Origin: Candidatus Bathyarchaeota archaeon
GTDB taxonomy: Archaea > Thermoproteota > Bathyarchaeia > Bathyarchaeales > Bathycorpusculaceae
Length of the DNA stretch: 64,000 bases
Assembly (NCBI GenBank): GCA_963770935.1
Contig: CAVYRJ010000016.1
Coordinates: 59,304-123,303 of the forward strand
Direction: 5' to 3'
The notes beneath the pieces were generated by a model. It saw only the letters and a program-made list of their open reading frames with translations, ran no database searches and was not told the DNA's origin. Below are positions 20,488 through 31,553 of the stretch, one piece after another. Numbering within the stretch: position 1 is the stretch's first letter; each line of letters opens with the position of its first letter. The translations under genes were made by a program, and so were the position numbers.

Positions 20488-21189
20488 CTACAAAATGGCT
20501 TTTCTGCAGTGAAAAGCTTCAGCGTAGCCGCTTTGGGAATTAGATTCTACGCCTCGAATTCTCATTATTGACCTGAAGTTGTCTTGAGAGAACCAGGAAT
20601 TCTCTTTTTGAGTTTTAAAGAAGCTACATAAAAGATGAATTTTATTATCAACATCTGGGACATCGATATGATTGTAGAGGTTTGGAGTGACTAAATCTCC
20701 ATCATATTTGGGAATTTCATACTCTAAAATGAGGTGATTTCTGTAAGTATTCCAAGTGAGGTTTGATATTAGTCTATGATCTTGGTGAGCGTCATTGCTA
20801 TAGTGGGTGAAAATGACATCAGGATCAAAATTGACTTTAATTTCCTCGAAGTAGTCTTTAATCTCCGCACCAATAAAAGGAAAGTATGAATCTCGAAAGT
20901 CTTGAATATCTATCGTCTTTGACTTTGTTTGTGAGAGAAAAGATTTGGCGCTTTCATTCGCTTCTTTAGCCCGATTTCCTTTTGCACTAAATACAACCCA
21001 GTAGAATTGAGCTTCAGGTGCTTCCCTCAATAATTTAAGAATTGTTCCACCACACCCTATTTCTATATCGTCTGAGTGGGCACCTAAACACAAGATTTTA
21101 GGAGATTTTTTTTCCCAAAGGAGATTAAGTTTAAGCATGCTTTTTCTCCGAGGGTTTTTTGCCGCCCCAGATTTCCCAAAATGATCCAT
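20488..21189 (-). CDS. PIG-L/LmbE family deacetylase (true start probably 21138)
   Basis: GAHSDDIEIGCGGT, DAHQDH, YEIPKYDGD, YAEAF. Confidence 0.9.
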   Translation of the reverse strand: MDHFGKSGAAKNPRRKSMLKLNLLWEKKSPKILCLGAHSDDIEIGCGGTILKLLREAPEAQFYWVVFSAKGNRAKEANESAKSFLSQTKSKTIDIQDFRDSYFPFIGAEIKDYFEEIKVNFDPDVIFTHYSNDAHQDHRLISNLTWNTYRNHLILEYEIPKYDGDLVTPNLYNHIDVPDVDNKIHLLCSFFKTQKENSWFSQDNFRSIMRIRGVESNSQSGYAEAFHCRKAIL

Positions 21190-21934
21190 TGTTTGAAGCT
21201 AATTCGTCTAAACGCTGCTTATCCTTGTATGTGTCAAGACTAGCCCAGAACCCGTCATGGGGATAGGCGATCAACTGGTCTTTTTTAATTAGTCTTTCGA
21301 ATGGTTCGATCACAAGATCTTCGCCTGGATTGATGTATTCGAATATTTGTTTTTTGAATATGAAAAAACCGCCGTTTATTCTAAGTGGAGTATTGTTAAG
21401 GGGGCTAACACTTTGGACAAAGCCTTGATCGTTGATTGAAACGTAATGAAAAGTGAAACCAACGGGTTTTACTGCGGTTAAGCAGGCGATTTTGTCGCGT
21501 TCGGTAAAATATTTGATCATATTTGTAAGGGGTAAGTCGGTTAGAGCATCTGAGTAATTAGCCATGAACATGTCCTCGCCATCAAGATATTTACGGACCG
21601 CCATTAATCGTTGGCCAACATTTGCGTTAAGACCGGTCTCGGCGAATGTTATATTCCAATCTTGGAGGTCGTTTTTGCTCAGTTGTTTTTTGACTCCGTT
21701 TGAAAGCATGAAATCGTCTTGTGGACATTCCTCATAATTGAGGAAGAATTTTTTAATTTCTTCGCCCTTGTAACCGAGGCAAAGAATGAAGTCCTTATGA
21801 CCAAAATATGAGTAGTATTTCATTAGAAGCAACAAGACGGGTTTTCCGCCAACTTGAACCAAAGGTTTTGGAATATTTTCTGTTGCAGGGTGAAGTCTTA
21901 AGCCTAACCCACCGCAAAAAAGAACAACTTTCAT
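21131..21934 (-). CDS. rfbF: Glucose-1-phosphate cytidylyltransferase-like
   Basis: VVLFCGGLGLRL, PKPLV, ILCLGYKG, INGGFF, FWASLDTYKD. Confidence 0.85.
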   Translation of the reverse strand: MKVVLFCGGLGLRLHPATENIPKPLVQVGGKPVLLLLMKYYSYFGHKDFILCLGYKGEEIKKFFLNYEECPQDDFMLSNGVKKQLSKNDLQDWNITFAETGLNANVGQRLMAVRKYLDGEDMFMANYSDALTDLPLTNMIKYFTERDKIACLTAVKPVGFTFHYVSINDQGFVQSVSPLNNTPLRINGGFFIFKKQIFEYINPGEDLVIEPFERLIKKDQLIAYPHDGFWASLDTYKDKQRLDELASNNGSFWEIWGGKKPSEKKHA

Positions 21935-21935
21935 T

Positions 21936-23225
21936 TTAGTTTCCCCCTAAGTTAACGATTTTTCTTTCGTTTTTAGTACCATTCGAGTCATACACTGTCA
22001 GTTCTGGAATTGGTACTATAAACTTGCCACCCCATTCACCAATGTAGGCCATTTGACTCATAAGCTCTCCCTTGATAGCCCAAGGTAAGATAAAAACATA
22101 GTCAGGTTTAGTCTCTTTTATCTTATCTGGATGATAAATTGGTATCCGAGTTCCACCCAAAAACTTGCCTTGCTTGTTTGGATTACGATCCGCTGTATAG
22201 TCTAGAAAATCTGAACGAATACCACAGAAGTTAAGAAGAGTATTAGCTTCTGCATGTGCTCCGTATCCTATAATGGATTTGTTGTGATTTTTAAGTTCTA
22301 TCAGATACGCCAAGATGCCTCTTTTTGTCTTTTTAACTTTTTCATTAAAAGCGATATACGTATCAGTTTTACTTAATCCATTGTCGTCCTCTTTTTTCCG
22401 CAACTCGGCAATATGTGGTGAAATGGGTTTAGATTTATCTTCAGTATGACAAGCATAAATCCTTAATGACCCCCCATGTGTGGGAATCTCTTCAACATCG
22501 AAAATCTTTAAGCCATGGCTTGCAAAGATTTTCTCGACAACTCTGAAAGAAAAATATGAAAATCGTTCATGACTGATTGTGTCAAACTGGCTGTTATTAA
22601 TTAACTTCATTATATGGTGAAACTCGATTGTTATAATGCCCGTTGGCTTGAGAAGATTTCCTAGGTTTTCTACAAAACCATTTAAATCAGGCACTTGGGC
22701 TAAAATATTATTTCCAACTATAAGGTCTGCCTGTTTGTTTTGACTAATTAACTTCTCACAAGTCGCCTTATCAAAAAAATTAACGAGAGTTGGAATGCCT
22801 TTCTTTATAGCTTCTTCCGCAACATTGCCGGCAGGTTCAACACCTATTACAGGAATACCGCGTTGTGCAAGAAACTGAAGGAGGTAACCATCGTTACTTC
22901 CAATTTCTACAACTTGACTCTTTTCATTTAAGTTCAGTTTCGCTGTAATCATTTCAGAGTAGCTCTCGATATGTTTCATCCAGCCCGTAGAATGAGACGA
23001 AAAGTATGCGTAATTTGAAAAAAGTTCTTTTGGGGTCATCGATTCTTCAAGTTGAACTAAAAAGCAATTATTGCAGAAATAGGCACGAATCGCATAGAAA
23101 GGCTCCATTTTATTTTGATCTTCAGCAGCGAGATAACTTTCACAAAAGGGTTGAACACCTAGATCAGCGAATATGTGTTCAAGTGGGGATCCACAGAAGC
23201 GGCATGTTGAAACAGATTTTATCAT
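21936..23225 (-). CDS. NDP-hexose C-methyltransferase family protein
   Basis: CRFCG, C..CFLVQL, YAYFSS, VEIGSNDGYLL, FDTISHE, THGGSLR, NPNKQGKF. Confidence 0.9.
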   Translation of the reverse strand: MIKSVSTCRFCGSPLEHIFADLGVQPFCESYLAAEDQNKMEPFYAIRAYFCNNCFLVQLEESMTPKELFSNYAYFSSHSTGWMKHIESYSEMITAKLNLNEKSQVVEIGSNDGYLLQFLAQRGIPVIGVEPAGNVAEEAIKKGIPTLVNFFDKATCEKLISQNKQADLIVGNNILAQVPDLNGFVENLGNLLKPTGIITIEFHHIMKLINNSQFDTISHERFSYFSFRVVEKIFASHGLKIFDVEEIPTHGGSLRIYACHTEDKSKPISPHIAELRKKEDDNGLSKTDTYIAFNEKVKKTKRGILAYLIELKNHNKSIIGYGAHAEANTLLNFCGIRSDFLDYTADRNPNKQGKFLGGTRIPIYHPDKIKETKPDYVFILPWAIKGELMSQMAYIGEWGGKFIVPIPELTVYDSNGTKNERKIVNLGGN

Positions 23226-23260
23226 TACTGTTCGACCTTATGACCTTGAATAGTTTTGTG

Positions 23261-24307
23261 TCAATTGTTTACCTTTAAACGCATTGTACTATCTATTCTG
23301 CCTGAACGTAAACTGTTTTCCAGATGGGTGATGCGTCTGTATCTAGGACCTTCAAACTCTTCAACTAGCAATCCAACTTTTTTGTATGCTTCGTAAAGCT
23401 GCTTTGCTCCTTTCGCGACTGTCCATTGAGGCTTAAAAGCAGGCAAAGCAGTAGCTATCTTGTCGAACTCAACCCGATAAGAACGTTGGTCTGGTTCAGC
23501 CCCTTCCACATATTGAATCTGACTATTTGGCACTGTTTGTTTAGCTATTTCTGCCACTTCACGTATTCGATAATTTTCACTATTTTGACCGACATTGAAG
23601 ATTTGGTTGTGGACTACGTCTTTGGGAGCCTTCAAAACGGAAATGAAAGCGCGGGAAATATCTTCTATATGTACAAATGGACGCCATGCACTGCCATCAC
23701 TCTTCAAAAGCACAATTCCTTTTGTAAACGACCAAGCAATAAAATTGTTGACAACTAGGTCAAATCGAAGCATCGGAGAGAGACCATATGCTGTTGAAGA
23801 GCGCAAAAAAGTCGGGCTGAAATTGGAGTCAGCTAATTTAGCAATGTCCTTTTCAGCCATAACTTTTGACTCAGCATAAGGTGTAACTGGATTTACTTCA
23901 GACTCCTCATTTACGATATCAGTGGTAGCAGCACCATATACGCTGCATGATGACGACAAAATATAACGTTCAATGCCTGCTTCTTTGGCCAATTTTGCCA
24001 ATTTTACAGAGGCCTCATGGTTAATTTCATAGGTCACTCTTGGGTTAAGATTGCCTAACGGATCATTAGATAAGGCACAAAGGTGAATAACCGCGTCTAC
24101 ACCTTTCAAGTCGGAAAGTTCTACATCGCGTATGTCTTTCTTAATATAAGGAATCGGTGAAATTGCTCCTGTTACAGAAGCATCACCAAAAACACAACCA
24201 TCAAAAAGATCACTATCTAATCCGCATACTTCAAAACCGGCTGCTTCTATAATAGGCACCATAACTGTTCCTATGTATCCATGGTGACCAGTCACTAATA
24301 CGCGCAA
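23261..24307 (-). CDS. NAD-dependent epimerase/dehydratase (extended SDR)
   Basis: TGHHGYIG, LSNDPLG, SSSCSVYG, YAESK, RFDLVVN, WRPFVH. Confidence 0.9.
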   Translation of the reverse strand: MRVLVTGHHGYIGTVMVPIIEAAGFEVCGLDSDLFDGCVFGDASVTGAISPIPYIKKDIRDVELSDLKGVDAVIHLCALSNDPLGNLNPRVTYEINHEASVKLAKLAKEAGIERYILSSSCSVYGAATTDIVNEESEVNPVTPYAESKVMAEKDIAKLADSNFSPTFLRSSTAYGLSPMLRFDLVVNNFIAWSFTKGIVLLKSDGSAWRPFVHIEDISRAFISVLKAPKDVVHNQIFNVGQNSENYRIREVAEIAKQTVPNSQIQYVEGAEPDQRSYRVEFDKIATALPAFKPQWTVAKGAKQLYEAYKKVGLLVEEFEGPRYRRITHLENSLRSGRIDSTMRLKVNN

Positions 24308-24413
24308 TTTTTTTCACACTCTGCTTGCTCAAGCACTTTCAAGTATATTAACTATATTCCAATCCATTACATAAGATTTAAGATATGATTGTAGGAGCTG
24401 AAGGCAATTCGAC

Positions 24414-25600
24414 TTAGTTACAAGGGATGTACTCTGCAGAGATGCCCATGTCGTCCATCATTTTCTTGATTTCATTGCAGTAGATCGGATTCATTACAAT
24501 TACTGTGTCAGGTTTGTACTGTTTGAGAAATTCTGGTGAAACAATTTGCTTTCCAACACCTGGAATAAATTTGCCATGCCTTCGAGGGTTTATGTCAACA
24601 ATATACTGTATTTCATCTTTGACTCCAAGCGTAGTCATGAAACCAACACACTTGGATCCTGATCCCCAAACAATTGCCTTCTTTTTCTTATCCTTAATTT
24701 CTAAAAGCTGATTTTTCCAGAAACTAAGCTTTTCCTTTGAATGCATAGCAAAGCTTTCAACATCCTTTGCGGTTTCCTCCACGCTTTCTTCGTTTTTGAA
24801 GACTTTTTGGGATTTTTTGCTAACAGGTTTAGCTTCAATCAAGAGATATTGATCGAAATAATCCTTCTGTAGATTTGTTACTTCAAAATTGCAGAACCGA
24901 AATAGGCGCGCAAGGGAACCTAAATTGAAGTATGAACAATGTTCATAGTAAATATCCCAAAATGCAACTTCATGCAAGATTCTGGTGACGTCTGGTACCT
25001 CAAAAAAGGTTGCAGTGCTTAACTTATCGCTAATTCCATGGCGAAGACAGTTTATGAAATCGGCTGTGTCATGAATATGTTCCAATGTATGTCGGCAACA
25101 AACTAAATCCCCGTTTTGATGGGCGTATTTGTCTGAATAATAGTCATGAATGAACGTCAAGCGACTTGAGGCTTCGCTCTCTACACCGCCGCTCACGGTT
25201 GAAGGGTCAATTCCTACTCCGTAGTTGTTGCCTATTTGGCAGAGTAGAGCTAGAAAGTCTCCTCTTCCGCAACCAATCTCTGATATATGCTTATCATGCA
25301 AATTGTAATCTTGAACAAGGCGAGATGCTAACCTGTTAGCGTAAGCATTGAACGTCCCTGAGAACCCTTGTTCTTCTGGAGCGAGAGTGGAATAATCTAA
25401 TTTTGAAGAATCAAAAGCCAAGTTTGAAATAAAACCACAATTATCACAAAAGCCAAGAACAACGTCACCTCTGGGAAAACTAACTGCTTCTTCATGATTT
25501 GAAAACATCATACAACTGTTTGCAGGAACATTCTTGGCTTCGTAAAAAGTTGACATAGCCAGTCCTCTTGCAACTTGGGCAAACGTGACTAGTTTTTATT
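24414..25600 (-). CDS. Second NDP-hexose C-methyltransferase family protein; the N-terminal CPSC motif is displaced by a frameshift near 25560
   Basis: C..CGFI, EIGCGRG, HTLEH, YYEHCSYF, WGSGSK, VDINP. The upstream frame reads SHVCPSCKRTG. Confidence 0.85.
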
Positions 25601-25930
25601 ATTAAGCCTCAACTCCGAGATTCTTGATAAATTATTTTGAAATTTTGAATACGTTAATCTTTAATATAAAGATACAGCTCATCAAACTGATTCATTGGAA
25701 TCCAATAGTTAAAACCAACTCAAATTTTTTAATGTTCTTAACAGCTTGGTTTTACATTTTAGGACTCAAGGAATTTGTCAATAGTCCATTCTGCATGAAG
25801 ACAAACTCTTAACAATCAGCAGACAACTAAATCTTTATGCAAATTATGTGCCTATTTAGAAGAAATAGATGTAAAAAGAAAAATACATTTAAATGAGTTT
25901 ATACAAGGCTTTTCATTAAGAAGGCAAATA

Positions 25931-26722
25931 GTGTACTCATTACTGCCAACAAGACTTAAAAATGTTGGAAGCGTTTGGGAAGAGAGTAGTATAGTTGAAC
26001 TATATAACTCAGAAAAAACGCTACATAAGCCTGAGCTAATCATTCTAAATATTCTTAAACCCATGCTTCCAAAAATGAAAATGCTTGATATCGGCGTTGG
26101 AGCAGGACGAACCACGATTCATTTTGCACCACTAGCCAGTGAGTATGTTGCTATCGATTATTCAGTAAATATGATAAATGCTTGCAAAAAAAAATTTTGC
26201 GAAAATAAAAAGTGGTCATTTAAAGTTGTAAACGCGACAAACTTACAAGCCTTCGGAAACAACGAATTTGATTTTGTGATGTTCAGCTTCAATGGTTTAG
26301 ATTATATATTAGACCATCAGAATCGACTAAAAGCAATTTGTGAAATTTGGCGTGTACTCAAACCCCACGGGTACTTCTATTTTACCACTCATAATCTAAA
26401 CTATTTGTGGAGATTTTGTGAATTTAAATCTTTTAATCTTAATGAAACACGTAGGATGCTGCTAATGAGAATTTATAATTGGAAATCATGGAGAATCATG
26501 AGGCAGAGAAACAAGAATGTAACTCACATGATAGCTAATAATGGAACACACAACTTCAAAGTGTCAAATTATTTTATAACACCAAAATTTCAAATTATGG
26601 CATTACGAAATCTAGGATTCAAAGAAATTAGCGTTTATGACTTGGAGGGCAAATTAATAGATTCGTCAATTGCAGATTCAAATGATAGCAATAGTTATTT
26701 GCACTATTTGTGCAAAAAATAG
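25931..26722 (+). CDS. Class I SAM-dependent methyltransferase
   Basis: MLDIGVGAGRTT, FDFVMFSFNGLDY, RVLKP.G. Confidence 0.9.
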   Translation: MYSLLPTRLKNVGSVWEESSIVELYNSEKTLHKPELIILNILKPMLPKMKMLDIGVGAGRTTIHFAPLASEYVAIDYSVNMINACKKKFCENKKWSFKVVNATNLQAFGNNEFDFVMFSFNGLDYILDHQNRLKAICEIWRVLKPHGYFYFTTHNLNYLWRFCEFKSFNLNETRRMLLMRIYNWKSWRIMRQRNKNVTHMIANNGTHNFKVSNYFITPKFQIMALRNLGFKEISVYDLEGKLIDSSIADSNDSNSYLHYLCKK

Positions 26723-27155
26723 TTAGCTTTTTTTACAAACCGTTCTGAATAGTTTTTAATGTTTTTTCAAAAGTTAGTTTTTCCAGGATTTAAGGTACAC
26801 TACTCATTTCCGAAGTTTGTAACCTCACTAATCGTTTCTGAAACCCCGAATATCATGTAGAGGCAGTCCAGATCATAAGATTTCTGGATCTAGCACTTAT
26901 GCACGTTTTACTGTACGTTTTCCTAAGACAATTCTACCGTAAGCCTAAAAAATCAAGCATCCGCCGGAAGCCAATCTCAAAACGTTTTACAAAACAAACC
27001 AATGAGCAATATCTAAATCAAATCAAAAAACCTTTTACCTTGTCATTTTTTTCAATTGTATTGTACTCTCAAAACATCAAATTACAGGCAAAGTACGTAC
27101 TATAGCGCCCTTTGTGAGGTAGTTTTCTTGGTATTGCATAATTTTATGTCATGTC

Positions 27156-28050
27156 TTATCCTAAAGGGTTACTCTCTAAGTGCGCTTGCTTGTTGTTGCA
27201 TAGGTAGTAAAGCCAGCCATCCATTGAATCCGTTAGATTGAAATTGTTTTTGATCTCTCTTCCGTCCAACAAACCGTAGATTTTGATGTCCGAAAAATTT
27301 AGTTCTGTCAATTGTTTAATTTGCTCGGTAGGTGTGACGTAATATGTTTTTAATCGGAAATTATGAGCACCGTCATTAAATATCATGTACTTTTGTCTTC
27401 CAACTCTTTTTCTGAGGGCTTTCCACGATTTTTTGTTAAGCAGTCGCATTAGAATGAGTCTGCGTGTTTCCATGAAAAGCTTGACCGGGTTCTTTGATAA
27501 TCGAAATGTACAGTGTTTGAAAGCAATGTTTAGATTATGTGTTGAAAAACAAAAATATCCACCATTTTTTGTGACCCGGGATATTTCACGCAAGGCTGTT
27601 AATCGATCTTGGTGATTCATATAATCGATGCCATTGAAGCTGAAAAGAACCAAGTCAAAATAATTGCTTTCGAAGGATTTTAGGGCTCTTGCGTCTGCAA
27701 CTTCAAATGAAAGTTTTTTTGGGGACCCTCGGTATTTTTGTTGGCATATCTTTATCATCTTCTCGAGAATAGTCTACACCTACATATCGTTTAGTCAGTG
27801 GAGCGAAATACTTAGTAGTGCGACCTGCGCCAACTCCAATATCAAGCATTTTCATATTCGGTAGCTTGTTTCTCAATTCGTTCAATATTGTCTCTTCAGG
27901 TTTTTGCAGACCTTCTCCGCTGGAGTAACCCTTGACTATGTCCTCAGACCCGTAAACGTCTTTGTTTGACAAGTGAACTGGGTAGAAAAGTATTTCTTTA
28001 AGGATTGTCTCCCCACCATTGGCGATTGTTTGCGGCACTCCGTATAGCAA
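27156..28050 (-). CDS. Class I SAM-dependent methyltransferase (paralog of 25931-26722); frameshift near 27765; start uncertain
   Basis: ORF 27703-28050 carries MLDIGVGAGRTT; ORF 27156-27758 carries FDLVLFSFNGIDY and THNLN. Confidence 0.85.
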
Positions 28051-28117
28051 TCTTGGCTTCCGGAAAAAATTGCATAATAATAAATAATTATTATCAGTCT
28101 CCTATAAAGTTCTTTAG

Positions 28118-28639
28118 TTACCTGTCTTGACTTCTAGCGTAATCCAGTTTATCGCAAGCGCAGTTGAGGAATCTGAATACAAGCCAGCGCGCTACAGGGA
28201 GTCTAAACGAAGATAGATATACTTGTCTTAAGTAATTAAAAAAAGGGTTCTTCACCAAATTGCGAATAAGTGCTCTTAGAAGTATATTATGATATTTAGT
28301 GAAAGAATAGGTTTCTTCTGGTTTACATCCTCGATCAAGCTTTATTTTTTCCATCGACCACCTATAATATATTTTTTCTACACCGTTCTCAATAGCCCAT
28401 TTAATGGGCGTATAGAAAGTTAGGTTAAAATATGAAAAATCGGTTTCTGTTTGCATACTGTAATTGAACCCGACCATCATGACATCAAGGACGCCCCTTT
28501 GTAGTAACGTTAAGGAAAATCCTATTACTTCACAGTTCTTCTTTGCGATGAATAGTTTTATCTTTTCTTTTGAATACATATTTAGTGTGCTAAAAAAATC
28601 GGGATCAAAAATTTTCTTTGCGTTCTTATTATATGTCAA
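28118..28639 (-). pseudogene. C-terminal half of a GNAT/FemAB-like acyltransferase; N-terminal half missing or decayed
   Basis: SYFNLTFYTPIKWAIENG...K..RGC is typical of the FemAB-like C-lobe. No intact upstream frame in 28640-29040. Confidence 0.5.
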
Positions 28640-28725
28640 AGAGAAGATAGATTCTATATGCGAGAAACAAAAGATTCTGATTAGCGAGTTTTGTTTTGTT
28701 TCCGAGTTTGATAAACTTTTAAACG

Positions 28726-28803
28726 AGAATCTTCAGAACTACGGTTAGCATAACACACGTTTCAAGAATCTTCAGAATTACGGCTACCATAAAAACGCGT
28801 TTC
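28726..28803. repeat. Imperfect 39-bp tandem duplication
   Basis: AGAATCTTCAGAACTACGGTTAGCATAACACACGTTTC versus AGAATCTTCAGAATTACGGCTACCATAAAAACGCGTTTC. Confidence 0.8.
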
Positions 28804-29048
28804 CGAACACAACCACTTTTTATCTTGCCACTTCACAATCAATTCCATGGTAATAATACATTCTGTCTCTTTTCCGGAGGTTAAACGAGTATTGTCCCCA
28901 AACAGCAACTGGCTACTTTTGCTCGCTGGATAACAATCCAAAAAAATAGAACTAACTTGCACAATGAACAGAACTTATGCTTGGTTTAGAAACAGTTGCA
29001 CTTTTTTTTGTAACACTTAACTTTTCATCTGTTGCCAATTTTATGTGT

Positions 29049-30041
29049 TTAAGACACTTTTCGTATTTTTCGATATATATATCCGTATTCAATTCTCGCT
29101 CGCCCATCAAGAATTTGCTCGCTCCTTGGCTCAAAATTAATTTGCCAAAACTCGCATTCTTTGCAAGGTGAACCAGACGGAAATTTCTTTGTTAAAAGAG
29201 CTTTCCTGTAATTCTGATATTTTTCACCCTTCCATATTTGTTTTATTGACTCTTTATTAGCATCTCCTAGAACCAGTTTACTGTAATCAAAACAACAACC
29301 CTTTACATTGCCATCCCACAAAATATTCAATGTTTCCATGGGGAAGGAGCAAAACGCTGGCGGAGGAGCCATTTTTAGATTTTTAGTAACAATTTCTTTG
29401 TTTTCCCAAGTATCATCTGGAAGAATCGAAGGTATGAGCTCGATTCCGTCAACACGTTGAGCCCATACACTGTAAAATTCCATTTTCTGTTCATCAGTTT
29501 TTCCGTGATCAACCATATTCAAAAGAACTGTGGGTTTCTCAGCGGATCCACGTTTCTCAAGAAGATAAATAATATTCTTCTCAATTACCGAATATTTAGA
29601 ACCCACACGCATACTGTCGTTAACTTGCCCTACGCCATCAAGGCTAAAAGAAACCCAATCTACCTTAAGTGATACAGCCAGGTCGGCAATGCTTTGATTA
29701 AAAAGCATCCCATTAGTGCACCAACCAACCCTGCCAATTTTTCCATGGTTTCGTTTTTGAACTGCATATTCCAGGAAAGATTTGAAATCTGGGTGGACAA
29801 GGCTTTCGCCATAACCATTCAAACAAAGACTATCAACTCCCATTTCGGAGAGCTGATCAACACAGCTTTCAAATAAAGATCTCGAAATAAAGCCAGTTAC
29901 TCTTCCAGATTGCCAGTTGCACATTTCACATCTCAAATTACATCTGTTTGTAGGCTCCAAGTAAACTGTCCCAAGCTTCGGATGGTAGTTATTGCGGAGA
30001 AAACGATTTCTGTAAATAATAGGAAGACAAGCCAATTTCAC
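29049..30041 (-). CDS. Radical SAM protein with a SPASM/twitch domain
   Basis: CNLRCEMC, GYGES, TNG, SLDG; C-terminal C...DGNVKGCC.D...LG...C..C. Confidence 0.9.
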   Translation of the reverse strand: MKLACLPIIYRNRFLRNNYHPKLGTVYLEPTNRCNLRCEMCNWQSGRVTGFISRSLFESCVDQLSEMGVDSLCLNGYGESLVHPDFKSFLEYAVQKRNHGKIGRVGWCTNGMLFNQSIADLAVSLKVDWVSFSLDGVGQVNDSMRVGSKYSVIEKNIIYLLEKRGSAEKPTVLLNMVDHGKTDEQKMEFYSVWAQRVDGIELIPSILPDDTWENKEIVTKNLKMAPPPAFCSFPMETLNILWDGNVKGCCFDYSKLVLGDANKESIKQIWKGEKYQNYRKALLTKKFPSGSPCKECEFWQINFEPRSEQILDGRARIEYGYIYRKIRKVS

Positions 30042-30218
30042 CTTTTGTATTACAACTCTACCTAAACCTTTTACACCTTTTGTAGCATATGCAGTAGAAG
30101 CTTTTTTTGTGTATCTTCGAATTTTGCTGCTAATACAGACAAGTCCTAAATCTACGTAAATTATTATACAAATAAAGTTTATTCCTAACTAATAATTTCA
30201 ACATATGGTATGGGTTCT

Positions 30219-31328
30219 TCAGAATGAGATTTTAGCACGTGCTGCGTTTCTTGTCTTTTCAATTAGAGCAATAATTTGGGCGGAAAGTCTTCTGTTAATA
30301 AGTCTAACATTAAAGTTATATCTGAAATCCTTGGTCCATCTAGACTTGTAAAGTTCCTCACCTTTCATAAAATCAAATTCTGTAAAGCCCTGATTGATAC
30401 ATTCTTCCACAATTTTAAGCAACAATAAATTACTGACACTATACTTGTAGTATTCTGGATCAAATCCAGTCAAACATAAGTACAATTTCTTGTTATATTT
30501 CAAAGAATAATACGCTGCAACTGATTTGTCATTTACAGTCAAGAAGTAAAGACCTAACCAGCCTTTTGGTGCAAAAAGTTTCGCTCTATCAAGAAAAATG
30601 GTGCGTATTTTGTCTGAACTAAATGCCCCTGTTTTGCCCTTTGATGTCCATCTTTTTTGGTGCAAATCAAAAAAGAGACCCATTGTATACTCCAGGGAGC
30701 CAATCTGATGATATTCTTTAAGCTCCACTTTACCATGATCTCTCTGAAGACTCCTCAAACACCACCTCAAAACTTTCCGATGATGAGGTTTCAGATTGTT
30801 TAGGAACTTGTCCATTGAATCGGGAAGTGTCATATAGGGACATTTTTCCCCTTTTTCAAAATTAAATTTGAAGCCCCAATCTTTTTTTTGGGTTAGTAAA
30901 CGCATGAAAGTGGATGTTTCAGGGGCATCATTGATACTTAAGAAATTCCAATTATTCTGATAGTATAAATAAGTTAAGAAAATTTGTAAGCATTCGGTTT
31001 CTCTTTCAGATAGAATAAAGCCTGTATAATCTGTGGCACTTCCGTAATCTAAAGGTTCAATTACGTCGTACCCGACACGCCATAACTTATACCGAGAATT
31101 TCGCAAAGGCGCAATTGCAACAATTCGATCCCCACTAGTTATATACAGGATCCTTAGACTTTGATTATTCTTCAAGTTTTTGACTGAAACATAGATATGT
31201 TCCCAAGTTAAGACCGCAGAGTTGTCTTTGCTTTTTTCCAGAATTTTATTCCAGCATTTTTTAAGTTTAAGAAATCCTTCAATCGTATTAGTTTCATGTA
31301 TTTCAAGCTTTGTCTCGCTTCCTTTCAT
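30219..31328 (-). CDS. GNAT family acyltransferase (CelD/BcsL-like)
   Basis: LTWE, AIAPL, TDY, LHQKRW, GFDP, FDFMKGEELYKSRW. Confidence 0.85.
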   Translation of the reverse strand: MKGSETKLEIHETNTIEGFLKLKKCWNKILEKSKDNSAVLTWEHIYVSVKNLKNNQSLRILYITSGDRIVAIAPLRNSRYKLWRVGYDVIEPLDYGSATDYTGFILSERETECLQIFLTYLYYQNNWNFLSINDAPETSTFMRLLTQKKDWGFKFNFEKGEKCPYMTLPDSMDKFLNNLKPHHRKVLRWCLRSLQRDHGKVELKEYHQIGSLEYTMGLFFDLHQKRWTSKGKTGAFSSDKIRTIFLDRAKLFAPKGWLGLYFLTVNDKSVAAYYSLKYNKKLYLCLTGFDPEYYKYSVSNLLLLKIVEECINQGFTEFDFMKGEELYKSRWTKDFRYNFNVRLINRRLSAQIIALIEKTRNAARAKISF

Positions 31329-31553
31329 TGAATTGACCTACTTTTTTAAACAGAAACTTTACCGCGCGCACACGTTGACAGTCAGGTTTTGTGCGAAGAC
31401 TTTAGACCAATAAATCCCTTTCTCTTGAGAAGAAAGATCGTGAATAATTTTTTGTCAAATTGTAATCCGAGGTTTAGAACGGTTAACTTTTACGTAAGTT
31501 AATGGTAAATAATCGACATTCATAATCAGTTTACTTAGAGTCAACTGTCACTT

